A stretch of 10,942 bases of DNA from Candidatus Oleincola secundus (GTDB taxonomy: Bacteria > Atribacterota > Phoenicimicrobiia > Phoenicimicrobiales > Stramentimicrobiaceae), in the NCBI GenBank assembly GCA_018400815.1, contig JAGYLS010000058.1:1-10942 (forward strand), in the 5' to 3' direction. A program made the translations under genes and the position numbers. Below the pieces are notes generated by a model. That model was not told the origin of the DNA, did no database searches, and saw only the letters and a program-made list of their open reading frames with translations. Of this stretch, positions 6,548-10,942 are shown piece by piece (position 1 is the stretch's first letter; each line of letters begins with the position of its first letter).

Positions 6548-8269
6548 ATGAAAGTTGTTATTGTTGGTGGAGTAGCTGGTGGAGCTTCTGCTGCTGCTCG
6601 TCTAAGAAGACTGGATGAGAAAATAGAGATTGTTATTTTAGAACGAGGAGCCTATATTTCCTATGCCAATTGCGGTTTACCTTATTATCTTAGTGGAAAG
6701 ATACAAAAAGAGGAAGATTTAGTCGTTCAAACCCCTGAATTGTTAGGAAAGCGTTTTAACCTGGATATACGTACCAATCAGGAAGTTATGGAAATTAATC
6801 AAATTAAAAAAACAATACTGATTAAGGATCAGATAAAAAATAAAACCTATGAAGAGAAATATGATAAATTACTACTTTCCCCGGGAGCAAAACCATTCAT
6901 CCCACCGATTAAAGGATTAGATACCGATAAAGTCTTTAGTCTAAGAGATATCCCCGATGTATTAGCGATAAAAGAATTTCTGGAGAAAAAAAATCCCAAG
7001 CGGGTGGTAATATTTGGTGCTGGTTATATTGGAATTGAAATTGCCGAAAATTTAAAAAAGGCTGGATTCATAGTTACTATTATTGAATTAATGGACCAGA
7101 TACTTGGTCCCCTTGATTATGAAATGGCTACTCTGGTTCATCAACATCTCAAAGAAAAAGAGGTAGAATTTTATTTATCTGATCCGGTGCAGTCAATAGA
7201 ACATGATGGTAGTTGCCAGATATTAATACTTGCTAGCGGGAAAAAGATAAAAACCGATATGATAATTATGGGAGTAGGTGTTAGACCGGAAATTGGTCTG
7301 GCAAAAGATGCCGGTTTAGATATCGGAACAACCGGTGGAATCAAGGTTAATGAATATTTACAGACTTCAGATCCTGACATCTATGCAGTTGGTGATGCTA
7401 TTGAAGTACTTGATTATATTAGTGGCAGTGCTGCCCTAATTCCCCTGGCTGGTCCGGCTAATAAACAGGGAAGAACTGCTGCTGGCAATATTTTAGGGAA
7501 AAGGGAAGTTTATAACGGAACACAGGGTAGTTCAATTATTAAAGTGTTCGATATAACTATTGCTACGACCGGTAATAATGAAAAGTTATTAAAAAGAAAC
7601 AAAATTACTTATCAGAAATCATATACCCATTCTCCCTCACATGCCGGTTATTATCCGGGTGCTTCGCCTATTTCTCTAAAGATTCTATTTTCTCCTGATG
7701 ATGGCAAAATATTGGGTGCACAGGCTGTTGGCAAAGAAGGTGTAGATAAGCGAATTGATGTTATTGCTACAGCAATCAGAGCTGGTCTTAGTGTATCGGA
7801 TTTAGAAAATCTAGAACTGTGTTATGCTCCACCATATGGGAGTGCAAAAGACCCGGTTAATATGGCCGGTTACGTTGCTAATAATATTATAAAAGGGGAT
7901 GTGGATATATTTCACTGGGACGAATTTGAACAGCATGACCTCAATAACTGCATTATTCTTGATGTAAGAAAGCCGGATGAGTGTGAAGAGGGAATAATAG
8001 AAAGCGCAATCAATATTCCGTTGGATGAGTTAAGAGATCGTTTGGGTGAATTAGATAATAATAAGATGATTTTGATATATTGTCAGGTAGGTTTAAGAGG
8101 TTATTTGGCTTATAGGATATTAAAGTTGAATGGTTTTAGTAAAGTTAAAAATCTTAGTGGCGGATATAAAACATATTATCCCACAACATGCATACAATCC
8201 AATTGTCCTCTTTATAGCTATGAAAAGATATTAAAATCAGATGTCCTAGAAGCCGATTCCAAAAAGTAG
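6548..8269 (+). CDS. cdr: CoA-disulfide reductase-rhodanese fusion (CoADR-RHD / NADH-dependent persulfide reductase-like flavoprotein)
   Basis: FAD-binding GGVAGGASAA, redox Cys42 in SYANCGLPYY, NAD(H) site GAGYIGIE with acidic IIE, TSDPDIYAVGD, dimer motif LCYAPPY, and a C-terminal rhodanese domain (ILDVR, NIPLDELRDRL, active loop YCQVGLRGY, NLSGGY). RBS GAGGA. Confidence 0.93.
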   Translation: MKVVIVGGVAGGASAAARLRRLDEKIEIVILERGAYISYANCGLPYYLSGKIQKEEDLVVQTPELLGKRFNLDIRTNQEVMEINQIKKTILIKDQIKNKTYEEKYDKLLLSPGAKPFIPPIKGLDTDKVFSLRDIPDVLAIKEFLEKKNPKRVVIFGAGYIGIEIAENLKKAGFIVTIIELMDQILGPLDYEMATLVHQHLKEKEVEFYLSDPVQSIEHDGSCQILILASGKKIKTDMIIMGVGVRPEIGLAKDAGLDIGTTGGIKVNEYLQTSDPDIYAVGDAIEVLDYISGSAALIPLAGPANKQGRTAAGNILGKREVYNGTQGSSIIKVFDITIATTGNNEKLLKRNKITYQKSYTHSPSHAGYYPGASPISLKILFSPDDGKILGAQAVGKEGVDKRIDVIATAIRAGLSVSDLENLELCYAPPYGSAKDPVNMAGYVANNIIKGDVDIFHWDEFEQHDLNNCIILDVRKPDECEEGIIESAINIPLDELRDRLGELDNNKMILIYCQVGLRGYLAYRILKLNGFSKVKNLSGGYKTYYPTTCIQSNCPLYSYEKILKSDVLEADSKK

Positions 8270-8288
8270 GATTGATTAAGCTTTCAAT

Positions 8289-8317
8289 TTGTCTTTCCTG
8301 GCATGAGGAAGTATAAT
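8289..8317 (+). promoter_or_regulatory. Candidate sigma70-type promoter for the ArsR gene
   Basis: TTGTCT (8289-8294), 17 nt, TATAAT (8312-8317), located between the cdr stop and the arsR start. Confidence 0.6.
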
Positions 8318-8392
8318 TAAATTTAAAATAACAATAAAGAAAAAAAATGATTATCGGAAAATGATATTCAATATGTATGACAGCAGGTAAAG

Positions 8393-8671
8393 ATGGATAA
8401 TGAGAAATTACAAAATAATAGTGAATTATTGAAAGTCATTGCACATCCTGTACGTCTCTGTATTATCCGCAGATTAATCAAAAATCCTTGTAATGTGAGT
8501 GAAATGCATATCTGTTTAGCAAAACCCCAGTCAACCATTTCTCAGCATTTAGCTAAACTAAAGGCAGCCCGGATTATTAAAGGAGAGAGAAACGGGACAC
8601 ACATTTGTTATAGAGTTATTAATGAAGAGGTGAAAGAAATTATTAGTGTGTTATTTCCCGGCGAAAATTAA
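8393..8671 (+). CDS. ArsR/SmtB family transcriptional regulator, Cys-rich
   Basis: LKVIAHPVRLCII, CNVSEM, PQSTISQHLAKLK and ERNGTHICYRV form a winged HTH. 92 aa with Cys23, 33, 41 and 72. Confidence 0.93.
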   Translation: MDNEKLQNNSELLKVIAHPVRLCIIRRLIKNPCNVSEMHICLAKPQSTISQHLAKLKAARIIKGERNGTHICYRVINEEVKEIISVLFPGEN

Positions 8672-8676
8672 AAATA

Positions 8677-9192
8677 TTAATCTTCTTTTTTCCCTCCTTT
8701 TAATATTACAAACAAACCAAGTACAATTATAGCCATAGGCCACAGAATGGGATAAATTTTACGTAACAGAGGAAGATGTGCTGTTTCTGTGATCAGGACA
8801 AATACGCCGAAGGCAATAATGATAAGACTTGTATAGAGAGGCCATTTTTGATTGCCGGAATTCTTGTCTGGCAGGTATCGGGTATGGATAATATAGACGG
8901 CCAAAAAAGCAATTCCCACAAAAAAGAAAAATAATCCACCTTCAAATGCTCCTAGATGAAGACTGTCATTTATAACTGCAAACAGGCCAATCATAAATAT
9001 AATACACCCTGTAATGAGAAAGCCAATAGTGCTTTTCTTTTCTGTTCCACCACGATAAAAGTAAGCTGCAATAAATACAATTCCAATAAATGGTAAAATC
9101 CAGTGATCATTAATCAGGTGTAAATTAGATAATGTCCAGCCAAATCCAATAATAACTAAAATTATTCCGAGGAAAGTATTTCTATTAATCAT
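8677..9192 (-). CDS. Integral membrane protein (about 6 TM) with LiaI/LiaF-TM-like hairpins
   Basis: Three repeats of a G-hydrophobic-G helix pair (FLGIILVIIGFGWTL; LITGCIIFMIGLFAVI; LIIIAFGVFVLI...LWPMAIIVLGLFVIL). The WP..L.I..G ending resembles LiaI-LiaF-like TM domains. RBS AGGGGG. The family call is tentative; the CDS is solid. Confidence 0.7.
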   Translation of the reverse strand: MINRNTFLGIILVIIGFGWTLSNLHLINDHWILPFIGIVFIAAYFYRGGTEKKSTIGFLITGCIIFMIGLFAVINDSLHLGAFEGGLFFFFVGIAFLAVYIIHTRYLPDKNSGNQKWPLYTSLIIIAFGVFVLITETAHLPLLRKIYPILWPMAIIVLGLFVILKGGKKED

Positions 9193-9229
9193 TATAGAAT
9201 TGTCCCCCCTATTTGACAGTATATTTGTT

Positions 9230-10162
9230 TTAACTTAATAGACCCTGGATAATCAGGTCTGTTGCTTTATCTTCACTTAGGCCTCTGGCCATTAAAGTTT
9301 GTAATTGTTTGGAATCAACACTACCTAAAGCTGCCTCATGGGTTATATGTGCTTTTGGATTATTTACTTCTACGATAGGAATAGCGCTGACTACACCGTT
9401 ATCTTTAATAATTTCAGTACAGTCTACATGTCCTCTAGCATAAGCAGCAGAAGCAGTTAATTTATTGTAGACTTCAGCCCTGGTGTTGCCGGTGGCTGCA
9501 ACTCGAGAACTTAAAAAACCGCGTGATCTTTCTCCAACCAGGTGGCCGATTTCTTTTATATTAATTAAATCTTCCCCTTTACCGCTAATACGGGTAACCA
9601 TTTCTAAAACACTGTCTGTTTCACAGGTAGCCTCATAGTTGATATCAATTAATCCTGCTCTACCTTTGATTAATTCAAATTCAGAATAAAAATGGGCTTT
9701 TTCCAGGAGGTGAATTTTGGCATGAGGATAAACCTTAACTCCCCCATGTGAGCCATGAACATGTTTTTCAAAGTAGCGAAATCTTGCGTTTTTGCCTACC
9801 TTGATAGTGCCATTCATAATGTGCTGGACATCAACTGCATTTGGGAAAGCACAATGTGCCAGGAAAGAAACCGAGGCATTTTCTCGAATGTCAGTATTGA
9901 TGACCATTTTTTGAATTCCGTTTTCTGGAATCATACCGAAACACATATGTACCGGCTTTTCTATTTTTGTATCTTTTTCTACTATAGTATTAACTTCTAT
10001 ATGATCTTCAAATTCTTTTACATCAACCTTCAATCCGGGTAAAAGATGTGACTGAACTACTTTATGGTGGTGGATAAAAATATGAGCAATATCAGGTTGC
10101 TTGAAAATATCATCAGTTTCAGTTATTCGAGATAATTCTTTAGTTAATTTTGTATTATCCAA
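9230..10162 (-). CDS. sufB: SufB/SufD-family Fe-S cluster scaffold, short SmsB type
   Basis: 310 aa with motifs PVHMCFG, AHCAFPNA, ARGHVDCTEI, THEAALGSVD and QLQTLMARGLSED. TTG start with AAGGTG RBS. Overlaps the upstream ATPase by 8 nt, suggesting translational coupling. Confidence 0.9.
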   Translation of the reverse strand: MDNTKLTKELSRITETDDIFKQPDIAHIFIHHHKVVQSHLLPGLKVDVKEFEDHIEVNTIVEKDTKIEKPVHMCFGMIPENGIQKMVINTDIRENASVSFLAHCAFPNAVDVQHIMNGTIKVGKNARFRYFEKHVHGSHGGVKVYPHAKIHLLEKAHFYSEFELIKGRAGLIDINYEATCETDSVLEMVTRISGKGEDLINIKEIGHLVGERSRGFLSSRVAATGNTRAEVYNKLTASAAYARGHVDCTEIIKDNGVVSAIPIVEVNNPKAHITHEAALGSVDSKQLQTLMARGLSEDKATDLIIQGLLS

Positions 10163-10898
10163 GTTTTACACCTTCTTCATCTGGAATATTTTTATGTTTA
10201 CAGGGAATACAATTATTTTTGAAATAAGGTACAATTTTTTCAGTAGTATCTTTCTTTAATATTTCTCCATTACAGAACATAAAAGCGTGATCTGCCTGTT
10301 TTAATACTGCCAGGCTATGGGTAATAAGCACAATGGTTCTCTTTTTTCTTTTCTGTTCCTTGATAACCTCAAACATTTTATCCAGGGTTTCTACGTCAAT
10401 TCCCGAATCAGGTTCATCTAATAATACCAAATCAGGGTCCATGGCTAAAATGGATGCCAACTCTACTTTTTTCCGTTCCCCTCCACTCAGGGTTTTGTCT
10501 ACTGCACGATTGGCATAATCTTCAGGTTCAAGTCCCACTCTATTTAATTGTTCAAAGATAAAATCTCCGTTTTTTCCCCTGGCTGCTGCTTTTAAAAAAT
10601 CTTTAATCAGCAATCCTTCATAACGGGCAGGTTCCTGCCAGCCAAAAGTAATACCCATTCGGGCACGTTCATCTATGTTTAGTTTGCCAATGTCTTCTCC
10701 TTTAAAATAAATGCTGCCTTTAAAATTACGATAACCTTCCAGACCCATAATAGTTGAAGCCAGAGTTGATTTACCTGCACCGTTAGGACCAACAATAGCG
10801 TGGACATAACCTTCCCAAATTTCCATATTGATATTTTTTAAAATAGTTTTCCCGTTGATTGATAAGGATAAATCTTTTATTTCCAATAAATTATTCAT
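10155..10898 (-). CDS. sufC: SufC-like ABC ATPase, SmsC type
   Basis: Walker A GPNGAGKST, Q-loop WQEP, signature LSGGERKK, Walker B LVLLDEPDSGID, H-loop ITH and C-terminal CIPCKH. Adjacent to the SufBD-like gene. Confidence 0.92.
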   Translation of the reverse strand: MNNLLEIKDLSLSINGKTILKNINMEIWEGYVHAIVGPNGAGKSTLASTIMGLEGYRNFKGSIYFKGEDIGKLNIDERARMGITFGWQEPARYEGLLIKDFLKAAARGKNGDFIFEQLNRVGLEPEDYANRAVDKTLSGGERKKVELASILAMDPDLVLLDEPDSGIDVETLDKMFEVIKEQKRKKRTIVLITHSLAVLKQADHAFMFCNGEILKKDTTEKIVPYFKNNCIPCKHKNIPDEEGVKLG

Positions 10899-10942
10899 AT
10901 AAATACATCTTCTTTCTTAATTCTTATTCTTTATAATAATTA

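Noticed and set aside
7171..10518. ORFs 7171..7380 (-), 9755..10042 (+) and 10333..10518 (+)
   Set aside because: Antisense shadows of cdr, the sufB-like gene and the sufC-like gene.
1..10942. CRISPR array, tRNA/rRNA, IS element, prophage or anti-phage defence system
   Set aside because: No regularly spaced repeats, RNA-gene signatures, transposase, integrase or nuclease motifs seen by eye; a covariance-model search would be needed to exclude small RNAs.

Overview
AT-rich prokaryotic window, most likely from an anaerobe given its gene content (inference). It carries housekeeping, stress and redox genes and shows no CRISPR array, RNA gene or mobile element that I can see. In order: a HAD hydrolase cut by the left edge (missed by the ORF track), a YbhB/YbcL PEBP protein, an MscS channel, a RimK-like ATP-grasp ligase followed by a LarA-family nickel-pincer racemase/epimerase, HtpX, a PspC protein, an unannotated 5'-truncated LUD-domain pseudogene containing a perfect 14-bp inverted repeat, a CoA-disulfide reductase-rhodanese fusion with a Cys-rich ArsR regulator, and a minimal SUF-like (SmsCB) pair followed by a LiaI/LiaF-like membrane protein. 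The best leads are an EF-hand-like loop inserted in HtpX, the RimK-like/LarA pairing, the LUD remnant with its palindrome, and a possible persulfide/Fe-S module. I cannot demonstrate a wholly new system from sequence alone.
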